Positions 12,984-27,532 are shown, counted from the first letter of the stretch. The stretch: 64,000 bases of DNA from Octopus vulgaris (GCA_951406725.2 OX597830.1:34100001-34164000), one strand, 5' to 3'. The notes: generated from the sequence alone by a model not told the origin. Numbers and translations are program-made.

Positions 12984-13271
12984 ATCTCGACAGCTGTTTC
13001 AGGAAGCTGAGTTATGTTATAACCATAATTTACCGGTGATATATGCATAAAGTTATAGGTATGCAACCGATAACCAGTCAAATGTAATTATTAATGCTAA
13101 GCCTGGCTACCCTTTTCAAGAGATGGTTGATAATTTACCAATCTTCTCTTGAAAAGGGAAGCCACTCCTACTATGATAACATCATCTGACAGATTACTGG
13201 CTACATACTTTATGTATATGTCACCTGTAGATTTTGATATAACTTGTGGTTTCCTGAAACAGCTGTTGAGA
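12984..13271. ncRNA. Head-to-head pair of U3:A8 hammerhead motifs with long stem II inserts (inverted Penelope pLTR-like)
   Basis: Minus: ATCTC-TTGAAAA(13113-19)-GGG...CCT-GAAAC-AGCT-GTC-GAGAT. Plus: TCTC-TTGAAAA(13149-55)-GGGAAGCCAC...GTGGTTTCCT-GAAAC(13256-60)-AGCT-GTT-GAGA. Confidence 0.65.
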
Positions 13272-13287
13272 TAAGACATCACAGACT

Positions 13288-13602
13288 TGTGTGGTAATTT
13301 TGCTTCCCAACCACATGGTTCTGGGTTCAGTCTCACTGTGTGGCACCCTGGGCAAGTGTCTTCTACTACAACCTCGAGCCGTATGTATATATTTGTGTGT
13401 GTGTGTGTCTGTGTTTGAGCCCCCAACTTCTCTTGACAACCGATGTTAGTGTGTTTATGTCCCCGTAACTTAGCAGTTTGGCAAAAGAAACCAATAGAAT
13501 AAGTACTACGGTTACAAACAGTATTTCCTGAGGTCAATTTGTTCAACTAAAGGCAGTACCCCAGTATGACCACAGTCAAATGACTGAAATAAGTAAAAGA
13601 AT
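13288..13602 (+). mobile_element. SINE family B (CORE-like, internal (TG)n)
   Basis: AACCACATGGTTCTGGGTTCAGTC..TGGGCAAGTGTCTTCTACTA...GTCAAATGACTGAAATAAGTAAAAG. Confidence 0.9.
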
Positions 13603-14034
13603 ATATATGTGTGTGCGTGTGTGTATGTATATACATTTTATGTTTATTCTGTATTTTTGTGCTTCGCATTAATATGTATTAAGTCTAATTTGTGTTTATC
13701 TTTGTTACTGCCCCCAGAACAGCTTGATTTGGACTTCTCTTTTAGTCACTCTGGCTGCCATGAGCCTTGTCCTAGATGAAGTCAGAACTTAAGTCCAAAT
13801 TCATTTAAACATTGCTCTATAATTTCTATATTGAGCATCTTTAGCCCTTGCCAACTGACTGTGTATCCTCATTGATGTATTTAAAATAAAATATGTTTTT
13901 CTTTAGTTATTTAAATTCATATAAGTTTACCTTTTCATATGTGTATGTATGTGTTTGTGTATATGTATGTGTGTGTGTGTATGTACATAAGTATATGTGG
14001 GGAGACAAGAATAAGAATTGGCCTATGTGAAAAG

Positions 14035-14095
<61 letters not shown>

Positions 14096-14398
14096 GAGCT
14101 TTGGTGTGTTGATTTTAGTTCAAATTTTCATCTGATGATTTTGTATGTGACAGTGTGTAATGTGTGTGCACGTGCATTCATATATGTGTGTTTGTGCTAG
14201 AATGCAAGTATGGTTACATTTCTGTGTATTGTTTGTGCTAATGCAAATTTTGCATATGTGCTTGTGTATACATGTGTATGCATAACCTTTTTTTTTGTGC
14301 AAGTCTTCTATGTATGTTTTTGTGCCAACTTATGTTTCTTGTGTATATGTGCTGTGCATATGTGTGTGCATACACAAATACATACATACATGCAAACA

Positions 14399-14438
<40 letters not shown>

Positions 14439-14541
14439 CTATTGCTCAAACTGTCAACTGACTTCATACAAATCTTTTGGAAGGAGGATTTGGGGGAGAA
14501 ATGAGACTGATGAAGATGACTAACAACAATGCTGCTGTTGC

Positions 14542-14604
<63 letters not shown>

Positions 14605-14680
14605 TAATAGTAATAATAATAATAATAACAACAACAACAACGATAATAGTAATAATGGTAATAATGATAATAATAACAAT
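14542..14680. repeat. (AAT)n microsatellite
   Basis: Directly visible. Confidence 0.95.
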
Positions 14681-14891
14681 GGGTATGGTTGTGATGGCAA
14701 TGTTTATATAAATCTATATCAAAAACGTAAAAGAGAAGTCAAAACCAAGATTAGATATTATTATCAAAAGAAGCTTGTTTGTTAACTGTCAATAACCTTA
14801 TATTTATTACCTCTTTTTCTTCCCTATTCCCTTCTTCATTAAGACATTTTTTTCATAAACATGAAATTTTCATTCTAATAGGTTTATACAT

Positions 14892-14941
<50 letters not shown>

Positions 14942-14970
14942 CACTCACTTTCTGCCTATACATACATACA

Positions 14971-15001
<31 letters not shown>

Positions 15002-16244
15002 GTATATACGTGTGTGTGTGTGTATGTACGTACACGCACACACACACACATATATATACATATATAAAAGCTTATCTCTTGTTTGAGATAGTATAAGTCA
15101 AAATAAAGAATAGACAAAAACTGAAGAAGAGGAGACAGAAAAATTGAAGCAATTCATTTCCAATGATGAAGTATTTATTTTAACTGAATATTTCAAACCC
15201 CATTTAAAAAAAAAAGTCAACTTAAAATAACATTGTTTTTACTTTAAAAATCTATGAAATCAATAGAATAATCATGTGATTAATATATTCATATTATATC
15301 AGACAGGAAGAAAAGAATGTGATAGGCTAAATAAATACATTGCCACTACTGCTGTTGCTGCAGAAATGCTTCAAGACTTCTCTCTCTTAAAACAAGAATT
15401 AAATTGAAAGATCTTTTGTGAATATACTTAAGTCTTGAAGGCAAACGATGCTGTTCAATGTTACGTATTACAAAACTGTTATGCATAACGATTTTTATAG
15501 TCATTGTCAAAAAATCGCAACTGCTATTGTTATTCTATTCTTGAACATGCTCATGTCTATCCTCAGAGAAGTTTTGTTGATGGCTTTACAGAAACGGTTG
15601 TGTATCCTTCCATCACCATAATCATCATTACTATTCACATCATGGTCATCATGATCATCATCACATCCACGTTTCCTTGTTTGTATGAGTCAAATGGCAT
15701 TTGTTCATTTTCTAGTGACTGATTGAAGCCGCCTGTCACCAACTTTGATCTGGTTCCAAGTATAAAGTTGGACATGGTTTCAGAAGAGACTGGAAATGAA
15801 TGAAACAGCTTATATGATAGTGGCACTCATTTACAACTATCATGCCATGTTAAGACAAGGAGGTACAAACATCACTCAAAATGTTTTGTGTCATTTTTCC
15901 TGGATCTTTAAAATCTAAGTTCAAATTTTGCCTAGATCAGCTTTGCTTTTCATCCCCGGAGGACTGATAAAATAAAACATCAGTCACATATTAGGAGCGA
16001 TGTAATTGATAAAACCCCATTTCTGCCAATAATTGCTGGGTGTTTTTCCTAAACCAGAAGCAATGAAAAATTATCATTTGCATTAAACCAATATTTTTAT
16101 TAAAACTAGAAGAAGGTCAATAATTGTAGAGAACTGATCTCAATGGCTAAGAATAGTTGTTTTCATTAGATCTTAATTTCTAATAACTCAGTTCCAAACT
16201 TGGGTCAAATTTTACTAATTATCACAAATGTTAATTAGAATATT

Positions 16245-16461
16245 TTTTTCTACTCTACGCACAAGGCCTCAAATTTTTTTGAGAGGAGGCCAGTCAATTA
16301 GATCAACCCCAGCACACAATTAATACTTAATTTATCGACCCTGAAAGAATAAGAGGCAAAGTCGACCTCAGCAGAATTTGAACTTGGAATATAAAAACAA
16401 ACAAAATATCACTAAGGATTTTTGTCCAGCATGCTAACGTTTCTGCCAGCTCGCTGCCTTG
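16245..16461 (-). mobile_element. SINE family A
   Basis: TTTATCGACCC..GGCAAAGTCGACCTC..AATTTGAAC..CTAACGTTTCTGCCAGCTCG. Confidence 0.9.
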
Positions 16462-16750
16462 TCAATTAAAATATCAAATATGCTCTTGCCTTGTACTGGG
16501 TACCTAGTACGATGGTGTGTGTCCCTATTTCCTCACTTTACACCTCGTTTTCATATCTTTCTTCACTCTTTCTTTATATGTAGGTCTTCTAATGTATCAC
16601 TTCTCTGCCTCTTTATCCCCTATTTTGTAAGGTTTCTTCATTGAAAGCTTGTTCTATAAACAGACATATTTATAAAAGATCTCTCTCTCTCTCTCTACAT
16701 TCACACTTATATATATGGCATGTGTATGTGCAGATGTGTATGAGTGTGTG

Positions 16751-16785
<35 letters not shown>

Positions 16786-16850
16786 GTATATATACATATA
16801 TGTGTATATATATGTGTGTATATATATACACACACATACATATATATATA

Positions 16851-17070
16851 GGCTATCTGGCAGAAACGTTAGCATGCTGGGCGAAATGCTTAGCAGTATT
16901 TTGTCTGCTGCTACATTCTGAGTTCAAATTCTGCCAAGGTTGACTTTGCCTTTCATCCTTTCCGGATTGATTGAATAAGTACCGGTTACACACTGAGGTC
17001 ATCGATGTAATCGACTTAATCCCTTTGTCTGTCCTTCTTTGTCCCCCCTATGTTTAGCCTCTTGTTGGCA

Positions 17071-17075
<5 letters not shown>
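16851..17075 (+). mobile_element. SINE family A
   Basis: CTGGCAGAAACGTTAGC..GAGTTCAAATTC..GACTTTGCCTTTCATCCTTTC..TTTAGCC..GGCAATAAA. Confidence 0.9.
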
Positions 17076-17111
<36 letters not shown>

Positions 17112-17161
17112 GAAGAAAAGTCAAGGTAGAAAATGCTAAAATAATTTTATAAAATATATTT

Positions 17162-17197
17162 CAGTACCGGTTCCATTCATTGAGACTTTATCAACTA
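17162..17197 (-). ncRNA. Degenerate minimal U3:A8 hammerhead
   Basis: Minus: TAG-TTGATAA-AGTC tcaat GAAT-GGAA-CCG-GTA-CTG; GAAA mutated to GGAA. Confidence 0.4.
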
Positions 17198-17352
17198 TAA
17201 GTATGGAAAACAATCAAATTCGGGAAAAATTAAATGGAAAGTATTTTAAAAGAATATTTGCATAGTATTCAAATACAAGGGGCATTTTCCTTGTTACTGC
17301 CTGTCTCTGTCTCTTTTTTACTCTTGTTGGTTCGAGGTCGTTGTGAATTCTT

Positions 17353-17391
<39 letters not shown>

Positions 17392-18957
17392 TATCAGTAA
17401 GAGTGAGTATATATATATATATATATATATGCATATCTGTAAGAGTGAGTATATGTATTGGTATGCATATATGTATATATATATACATATATATATATAT
17501 CTATCTATCTATATATATATATATGTTTGTGTGTGTATATATAACATAGGCACACACCTAAATATTTGCATATGAGCTTATATATATGTATATATGCATA
17601 TTAGTTTTGCATTTATGCTTCTAGCACAATTGTAATATTGCTAATTATCTATAAACAAAACAAGTGACAATGATTCAATATATGAAGATACAAAGCAAAG
17701 AATCTTATTAAAAATCAGGTTAAGGTTTAATGGCAGAAAGGGTATCTAGGCATAGATTACTGATCAAGACAATCCAATCAATGAGGTAGATAATGGCAAG
17801 GAAGATAATAAATAATGAGACGTGTGTGTATATATATATATAGATCATTATTTATCATAATCTGCTTTTCTTGACATCATATATACATATGTATATATAT
17901 ATATACACACACATATATGTGTGCATATGTGTATGTATATATGTTTGTGAATATATGTTGTGTTTGATACGCACTTTCTTTACATATAGTGGAAAATTAT
18001 TGTGTTGGAACTGAATCCAATTAGTGCTACCACAAAGAAATGGTTAACAACAGCAGCAAAAAAAAAAAAAAAAAATTTGGCATCCAACCATCATCATCAT
18101 CATCAATATCAACGTCATTGACTCAACCAGTTACTTTTTCTGCTGTTCTATAGATATTTTTCTTTTTGTTATTTCATAAATTTCCTCGCAAATAAAATTT
18201 AATTTATTCAGTTTCTGTTTCAGTTTTGCTTTCTTTATATTTAAATTTTCCTGTATTTTTAAATATTTGTCATGTCATTATTTTATCAGTCATATTTTAC
18301 TTGTTTTTCCTTTATCCACTATCAAAAATTATGAATATTTTGTTGGTTATTTAGCAAATATCACATCTTTTAATTGCTATGCAATTAATAAATATTCAAT
18401 AGACAGCAATGTTATATTCTATTATATATACCCCACACTCATTGTACTATTTTGGTCTTCACTTCATTGTTTTTGTTTACAATTTTAGAGGAATTTTAGA
18501 ACTTATTTTTGGTGTAGGAACGTGGATTATGTTGTTATTTATATTGCTATTTTTTTGCATAATTATTATGTATATTATTTTCATTATTAATGTTGTATTT
18601 TAATTTCATTTCTTGAGGTCATATTCTATTTATTAACTTGTACGTATGCATATATATGTGTGCAAATATATGTGCATGCATATATTTATGTATGCATGTA
18701 TATGATATGATTTGATTTTGATTTTTCCAGTTTCAGAGGCATATATATATGTGTTTGTGTATATATATATATTATATAGTATTATATATTATATTATATT
18801 ATTATATTATATATGACTAATGTATGCATGGAAAAGCCAATATTAAAACAATGATGATGGTAATGATACAAACACACACACACACACACACATAAAGAGA
18901 GAGAGAAAGAGGGAGAGAGACACATGGACGAATGGATAAATATATGAATGGATGGAT

Positions 18958-18958
18958 G

Positions 18959-19008
<50 letters not shown>

Positions 19009-19089
19009 CATGAAAAGACAGATAGACAGATAGATAGATAGATAACTATATAGATAGATAGATGAAAAGATAGATAGATATATATATAT

Positions 19090-19147
<58 letters not shown>

Positions 19148-19240
19148 GGATAGATGGATACATGGATGGATAAATAGACAGACAGATAGACATATAGATA
19201 ATCAGACAGACAGACAAGCAGGCAGACAGATAGATAGATA
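18958..19240. repeat. (GATA)n compound microsatellite
   Basis: Directly visible. Confidence 0.95.
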
Positions 19241-19854
19241 TATAGATATGAAGAATATATAGTATATACAGGATAAATTGTTGAATTATTAAAATTACCT
19301 TTGCTTCTATAGAGGGTAGGTCTAAATCACTTGGCAGCAGTAGGTACCAACTAAAAAAAAATCAAGAATTCACCAAAAGTGATATGCCACTAAGAAAAAG
19401 AAAGGCTGATTGTCTGAATATAAGAGGGCAGCCATTTGCATTTTGAGTTCAAATCTTTCAAAAGGTAGACTTATTTCTTTTTCACTTTTCTGCAGTCAAT
19501 AAAACAAATACAATTGAAGAATGGTGAAGAACTGTGATAAATGTCTAAAACTACATAAAGTTTCTTCAGTTTGCCAATGTTAAATATTACTTTTTTTTAT
19601 CTAAATTAATATTTGCTATTAGTGTTGCTGTTCCTGACATTCGTATTTAAGCCAATATTTTCAAATCTCTGCTGTTAAGTAATAATCCTAGAAGCTGCTG
19701 TTATTGTTGTTGTTATTATTATTGGTAGTAAATATGATAGTTATATTAGACATATTATTTGGTTACTGTTAAATGGTTCATGTGGTTCTTTTTCTTTATT
19801 GTACTGAGCACTTTGACATGTCCTATATAAATAGAGAGAAAATTTTCTCTCGAA

Positions 19855-19888
<34 letters not shown>

Positions 19889-20476
19889 CTGTAGGGAGAG
19901 AATTCACAAAAAAAGAAACAAAAGACGAAGACAGGTGGTGTAGACAACAAACAGATGTATTAGTATAATGCTTCGGAAGTGAAAAAGTCTTTAATGTTTT
20001 GAGCCTACGCTCTTCCACAGAAAGAAACAAGGAGAGAAAATAAAGAATGTGTAGTGGCTAGAGATCTATTGTATATGTGATGGCTGTGAATGAACTCAAC
20101 AATATAGAGTGAATCAACTCAACTGGAATCTACCCACCATTCACTCTATATTGAGTGAGAAAACGATATGGATGGATTTGTGGAGTCCAATAATACTCTG
20201 TACACCTATTTGATTATGAAGATTTACAAACATACTTTCCCAGTGATACTCGGTTTACCTACCATAATAAATAATACCAAATGTTCTTTCTCAAACCTTT
20301 CATAATGTGATACAAGTCTTTGGTGTAACAATTGCATGCGACTGAAGAGGGCTTTAAACTATCTGTTATGTCGATTATACATTGATGCAAGAATAAGTTG
20401 TTTTATAAAACTCGGAACATGTGTACCTCAACATCCTTTGAGTTCTGTTTTTCATTTCATTTGATATATATATCTA

Positions 20477-20515
<39 letters not shown>

Positions 20516-20763
20516 TAGACAAGTTAGAATAATGGTCAAATTTGGCTTACAGCAGTTTCCAGTAGTTATTACAGATAGGTTTGCTCAATTGGTTTATTGA
20601 TCAACTGAGGTAAATTGGAAGACCTACGAAAATTTAGGATACCTTCATCAGAGCCATTCGGCCAATTGTAATGACCAATCCACAAAGAATACTGGAAACA
20701 ACTGTAAGCTAAATTTGCTATAATAAAGGAATTACATATAATGACCATTATTTTAACTAGTCT
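20516..20763 (-). ncRNA. Hammerhead with canonical core in an inverted repeat
   Basis: Minus: TGGCT-CTGATGA(20645-51)-~85 nt-GAAAC(20555-59)-TGCT-GTA-AGCCA; its 3' half is repeated inverted at 20692-20763. Confidence 0.6.
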
Positions 20764-20967
20764 CACATATATCATTCTGTTAAAATCAGTTTACCTGAAG
20801 CCCATCCACGGATTTACAATGTAGGGTTGTGATGAATTATAACTAAGAACCCTACGAAAAGATTACTAGGAGTTCTTCATTAATCTAAGTGATATTATTA
20901 GCCTGGTGTGCCAACAGAGAGCATATGAAGTATTTTGCCTAGGTTGATAATCTCTCCCTATTTGTTC

Positions 20968-20998
<31 letters not shown>

Positions 20999-21177
20999 AC
21001 TTGTTCTGTAATTATTTAACTTATGTCATCTTACATGTTGGTTTAGGGAAGATTGTAGCTGAGATATTTAATCCTGTTGGAGTATTTTTCTAAGTGTTTC
21101 ACTTCACGAGAGATATTTTCAGAAAGTTATTTCAACATACTTTCTTTATATAGCAGGAGACGAAAAAGACATACAGA

Positions 21178-21645
<468 letters not shown>

Positions 21646-21938
21646 AATACACACACACACACGCAATCACAAGAGACAATGAAATGGTGTATTAGCTAGT
21701 GTAATATCATTTCAGAATTTTTTAGTAATAGAAAATTACAAGTATTCCACATCTAAAGATATTTATATCAATACTTGAAGTTTCAGTTTTCTCTTGCAGT
21801 GTATAACAACGCACATATAGAGTTTTAAATACTGGTTGTATGTCATGCAATTCAAAATACACAATACAAATATGTTTATATACATAAATTCATGCATACA
21901 TCTATCTCAACATGCATATGTATCATTATATACATACA

Positions 21939-21988
<50 letters not shown>

Positions 21989-22589
21989 TATAGACATACA
22001 CTTACAGCATGTAAACATATATAGATACATATGAATATATATTTATACATACACATAGAAATATGGTATAAACATGTATGCAAGCATGCATATTTACATA
22101 CATATATGTACACACACACAATTATATTTAATATTGCTTGTGTTTTTGTGTTTATTTAAATTAAACCTTAAACGAGTATTTGATCAAAACACAGTTGTAT
22201 TTAATTAGATAATCATGCATAATTTATATTCCTGATGGAAGTTGTTTGTGTATTAGAATAAGGGGTCAAGGGTTGGTGTGTGTGGAAGTAAATGAAATCT
22301 AGGATATTTGGAAAGGAGAAATAGATAGTGGTGTGTAGACAGGTTGGAAGTCAGACGTTGGGAACATGGAGAAAAGGAAATGATACTGTTTAAATGATCA
22401 AGATAATGCAAATTTCAGTTAAATTTCATGAGTAAATTGTATATATATATATGTATATATATGTTTACACATATATTTATATGTGGGTATGCGCATCTAT
22501 CTGTATACATGGTTGAATCTGTGATTTTTATGTAGATGTACATATCAGTGAGTATATATATGAATTCTACATCTTTGCACATGTATACA

Positions 22590-22624
<35 letters not shown>

Positions 22625-22751
22625 GCATACAAGTGTATAAAAGTGTCCTGATAGGAATGTATATGTGTGTATGAATACATACATATGTGGACATATATAT
22701 ATATATATATATATATACATACATATATATATGTGTATATATGTATTTATA

Positions 22752-22806
<55 letters not shown>

Positions 22807-24815
22807 ATATATATATATATACATACATATATATATATATACATATATATATATACACACACATATGTATATATGATATATATGTATGATCATAGCAAAT
22901 GAAGAGCACAAATTAAAATCAGGAGACAATGCTATAAACAAACAGATAAGGGGAAGATGGTAAGATTAAGTGGGGATGGTGAGGATGGAGGGGTGATGGG
23001 GGTGGTGGCATATTCTAGCAATAGTGCTTTTGGTGGAAAGGCTGTTGGATGGGTTGTGGTGGTTGTGTTGACGATACTTTTAAAGGATAAAGTGGTGGCG
23101 AGGGTGATGTTTGCTTCTAGAAATTGTAGAATTTATCAAAATGCAAATGTAATTAATGTGTGTTAAATTCTGAATGTGCATCAATAATTGTGTTGTTGTA
23201 ACTGTAGTAATTTGCATCATAAAATTATACATATCAGATCTAGGGCACTTAAGATTAGTTGATATGCAGGAGAAATATAACAACATTGTAATCAATGTGT
23301 GTGTGTGTGTGTGTGTGTGTGAGGGGAGGAGGGGCCGGTTAGTGGTTTGCTGTGGCTCGGTTGTGTGGGTGGTGGTGGTGGTGGTGGCAGTACGTGGCGG
23401 TAGATTGTGTAGAATGTCAGGAGTTATTGGTTTTAAAAAAGACACCTGTGATGAATTTTGTTGATGGGAGAAGTGTAAATTAAAAGAGTAAACAATGCGT
23501 GCACATGTGTATTCACACATGTAGGGAGATGTACATACATACTTGCATACATTCGTACATACATATATGCATACATTTATAGATGTATACACTCTTACAC
23601 TAATATGTGTGTATGTACATAGGTGTCTATATATATATATCTGCATGTACATTTATTTATGTATATATATATATATATAAATGCATGTTTGTATATGCAA
23701 GTATATATATGTTTGTGTGTGTGTATTTGTGTATGTATATATATGTATATATATGTACACACACATATGTATATATATATATATAAATGTACATACACAC
23801 ATATATGTGTATATATATATATATGTATGTATATATATGCATACATATATGTGTACATACATATATACACATGCATATATATACACAAGCATATATATAT
23901 ACATCCATATATATATATATATACATACATATACATGCATATGTATATATATATATGTATGTGTATGTACATATACATAAATGTGTGTGTATACATGTAT
24001 ACTCTTATAAATGTATATACTAGAGTGTTACCTGCCATATGATGGGTAATTTTGGAAGTATATTTTTGTCACAGTGTGTTATACCAGGAGATACAACTTA
24101 CATACAATAAATTTAATTAAACTTTTATCAGATTTCTTGGTCTTTATACACAATAATGAAATGAATACTAATTTTTTCAAGTAAAATGTTTCTTGCATTA
24201 AAATACAATCAAACAGATTTCTCATTTGTAAAACTCTTACAGAAACTTCTCTGTTAATTCCTCATTTTCCTCCTCCTGCCACCAAGCATAGTATGTGCAA
24301 TCATCCTGCAACTCTTACATTGTCTCTTTCTCTATCTCTCTCTTTTACTCTCTCTCTCTGAATGCATTGTAAAGGTTGATTAATACAAGAGCATCATGGA
24401 GAACATATAAAATTCTTTTTCTGTTTTCTGATGTTATGACCATCCTTGACCAATCAAAATGCATCTAAGTATTGAAAATTTGAACCATAAGGTCTCCACC
24501 ATAAAAGAGTGAATTTTCAAAACACCAGTCACTTCAGTTGGTTATTTCAAGACCCCCATAATCATCCTCATTGCTTTAATTTTGCCTAGTATCTTTCATT
24601 TCCATATCATTCACTCTCCAGTTTCTTTGAGTATGAGCCTCATCTTCTTTGAATCTTCCAACCACTGTCCTCCGCATTCATTCTCCTCTGACCTTAAGAC
24701 ATACATTGGACTTATTGTACTTGCTACTGTTTACCATTACCGCCATCTTTCCATCTTGTACTAATAATCATCTCCCTGTTCACACTATCTGTCATTATAG
24801 TCTTGCACAATAAGT

Positions 24816-25205
24816 CGGCGAGCTGGCAGAAACGTTAGCACTCCAGGTGAAATGCTAAGCAGCATTTCATCTGTCTTTACATTCTGAGTTCAAATTCCAC
24901 CGAGGTCGACTTTGCCTTTGATCCTTTTGTGTACTGTTTCATCCAGTTGTGTACTGGAGTTGATCTAATTGACTGGCCCTCTCTCCAAAAATTTCGGGCC
25001 TTGTGTCTAGAATAGAAAAGAATCATTAGTATGCCAGGAAAAATGCCTATCAGCATTTCTATCCGGTTTTATGTTCTGAGTTCAAATTCCATCAGGGTCA
25101 ACTTTACCGTTCATCCAATCAGGGTTGATAGATTAAGCACCAGTGAAACCCTGGGGTTGATTTAGTCGATTAGTCCCTTCTCAAAAAATTTCAGACTTTG
25201 TGCTT
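24816..25205 (+). mobile_element. SINE family A tandem dimer
   Basis: GGCGAGCTGGCAGAAACGTTAGC...TAGAAAAGAATC followed directly by a second copy starting ATTAGTATGCCAGG. Confidence 0.85.
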
Positions 25206-25477
25206 TTTGGATTATATACTTCCACACTTCTTGGCTCACACATCTTGGCTCACCTTCCGATCTTATTCTGTCTCTTTGATCATGTCATCTCTATTATTGG
25301 TGTATCCTCTTACTCAGTTTATTTTGATTGCACATATTTTCTTTCAGAAAACTGAGTGTCCCTTTCACCCATCCCCCTTTTGACTGATCATAATCTTTCA
25401 TGTTCTTGACTATATTATCCTTTGTGCTACTCATTCAGTAAAAAATTCCTTAAATGCACAGAGAGATGTAGGTTTAA

Positions 25478-26019
25478 CCCTTTAGCATTTGGGTCTCTCA
25501 GTCAAATGTGCTGAGACCGCCTTCAGTCATGACTGACCATGGGATGGCACTTAAGAAGTTACTCACCCAGGCACAAGTCCGGGCAAGGTTGTTTATGGAA
25601 GACCAGCAGTCAACCATGCATACAGGACTCCCCTCTCCACGCCATCAGTGTTATCCAAGGGAAAGGCAACAGCAGTTACAGCTTGGCACCTGTGAACTGG
25701 AGCAACATGAAATAAAGTGTCTTGCTCAAGAACACAACATGCAGCCCGGTCCGGGATTCGAACTCACAACCTCACGATCATAAGCTTGACACTCTAACAA
25801 CTGAGCCATGTGCTTTCACTCAGTCAAATGTAATGTTTACTTATTCACATTGTTTTGAATTAATCATGCATTATCTTGTACCTTTCAGAGTTCAATGATG
25901 TAATTCTATATTTTTAGGATAACATTGTAGGGTACATGTAAGAGGTTGGATCTGGTCAATTTTAGCATAAAACAAGTAAAATACTTAGAATGGAAATGGC
26001 CAAATTAAATGCTAAAGAG
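25478..26019. mobile_element. piggyBac-type MITE (TTAA TSD) interrupted by a SINE
   Basis: TTAA|CCCTTTAGCATTT ... AAATGCTAAAGAG|TTAA (TTAA at 25474-77 and 26020-23). Confidence 0.8.
25510..25818 (-). mobile_element. tRNA-head CORE-like SINE with a distinct tail, 13-bp TSD
   Basis: B box GAGTTCGAATCCC, TTGAGCAAGACACTTTA core; TSD CTCAGTCAAATGT at 25497-509 / 25819-31. Confidence 0.9.
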
Positions 26020-26384
26020 TTAAGGAGTCCCTTCAGTCACATTATGGACATAGCTGTGTCTGGTTCATGAAAAATGATATTCAGGACACTCTATACAATG
26101 TAAATTTGAGAGGACCCTTTCTCTAAGATATGACACCTCCCTTGTGATGAGGTCACAAAAAGATACAATTATTTGCAAAGTGGTTTGCATTCGGAAAGGC
26201 ATCCTAACATAAAAACCAAGCTAAGACACTTGATCAAGGTGCAATCCTCTGAACTGTTTTGATGAGCAGTGAACCTGAAAATTTGCTGACTCACACAGTA
26301 GTGATTATATATTTTATCATATATATAATATCTATGTAACAACCACAGTTATATATATATGTTTAATACAATAATAATAATAAT

Positions 26385-26760
26385 CTGAAAATTGAAACAC
26401 AAAAGATGTGGCATCTTGAAATGAGAACTGTTCCTGTTATTGTTGGTGCTCTAGGTATGATAAGAAAGGGATGCCAAAAACATCTAGAAAAGATCCCAGG
26501 AGAACCATGTCTCAGAGAAATCCAAAAGATTCTGCTGACAAGTACTGCTAACATCCTTAGAAAAACCCTATCCATTTAAATGCCTGTGTTGTATTACATG
26601 AAGATCTGTTACATCTTCCTTTCCCAAGTTTTCAGCCATACTGTAGTATCTCTTATCATTCACTTGCCTCAGGATGCTGGGTGTGTCTCAGCAAGTGACA
26701 GTAACAAAAATACAGATTAAAAGTAAAATAGCAATAATGATAATAATAACGATGATAATA
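26385..26760 (+). mobile_element. 5'-truncated R4/Dong-clade non-LTR retrotransposon (RLE C-terminus + 3' UTR)
   Basis: 26385-26579 reads LKIETQKMWHLEMRTVPVIVGALGMIRKGCQKHLEKIPGEPCLREIQKILLTSTANILRKTLSI*; (TAA)n on both sides, consistent with Dong microsatellite targeting. Confidence 0.85.
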
Positions 26761-26819
26761 ATATATTTGTTTTATATATAAATATAACAATATGTTATAT
26801 ATATAAATATATATACACA

Positions 26820-27226
26820 TAGGCACAGGAGTGGCAGTGTGGTAAGTAGCTTGCTTACAAACCACATGGTTCCAGGTTCAGTCCCACTGCATGGAACCTT
26901 CGGCAAGTGTCTTCTACTATAGCCTCAGGCCAACCAAAGCCTTGAGAGTGGATTTGGCAGACAGAAACTGAAAGAAGCCCGTCATATATATGTGTGTGTG
27001 CGTGTTTGTGTTTGGGTGTTTGTGTGTGTGTTTGTGTTTCTGTGTTTGTCCCCACACTATCACTTGACAACTAATGCTGGTGTGTTTACATGCCCGTAAC
27101 TTAGTGTTTCAGCAAAAGAGTCCAATAGAATAAGTGCTACACTTATGTCAATGGTGTCAATTTGTTCAACTAAAAGTTAGTGCTCCAGCATGACCGCAGA
27201 CAAATGACTGAAACAAATAAAAGAAT
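26820..27226 (+). mobile_element. SINE family B, full length
   Basis: GGAGTGGCAGTGTGGTAAGTAGCTTGC head, CORE-like GGCAAGTGTC, internal (TG)n, ATGACTGAAACAAATAAAAG tail. Confidence 0.9.
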
Positions 27227-27486
27227 ATATATGTGTGTACATATATAGACCTTTTACAAGAATAATGTTAACAGGGATTTCGAAATTTCAACCTGCGTAG
27301 TATTCATTGTACAATGAAGTTACTGTCAAAACTATTCATATGAAATAGCAAGAATTATAAATATGTTTTTTCCAATAGTTATTAAGTATTCTTTCAGTTT
27401 AATCTAAATTGTTTTTTATCATAAGTCAGCATAAAAACACACACACACATACATACATACATACATACATACATACATACACACAC

Positions 27487-27532
<46 letters not shown>

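Noticed and set aside
14477-14785. Poly-Asn ORF
   Set aside because: (AAT)n microsatellite read-through with no recognisable flanking coding sequence
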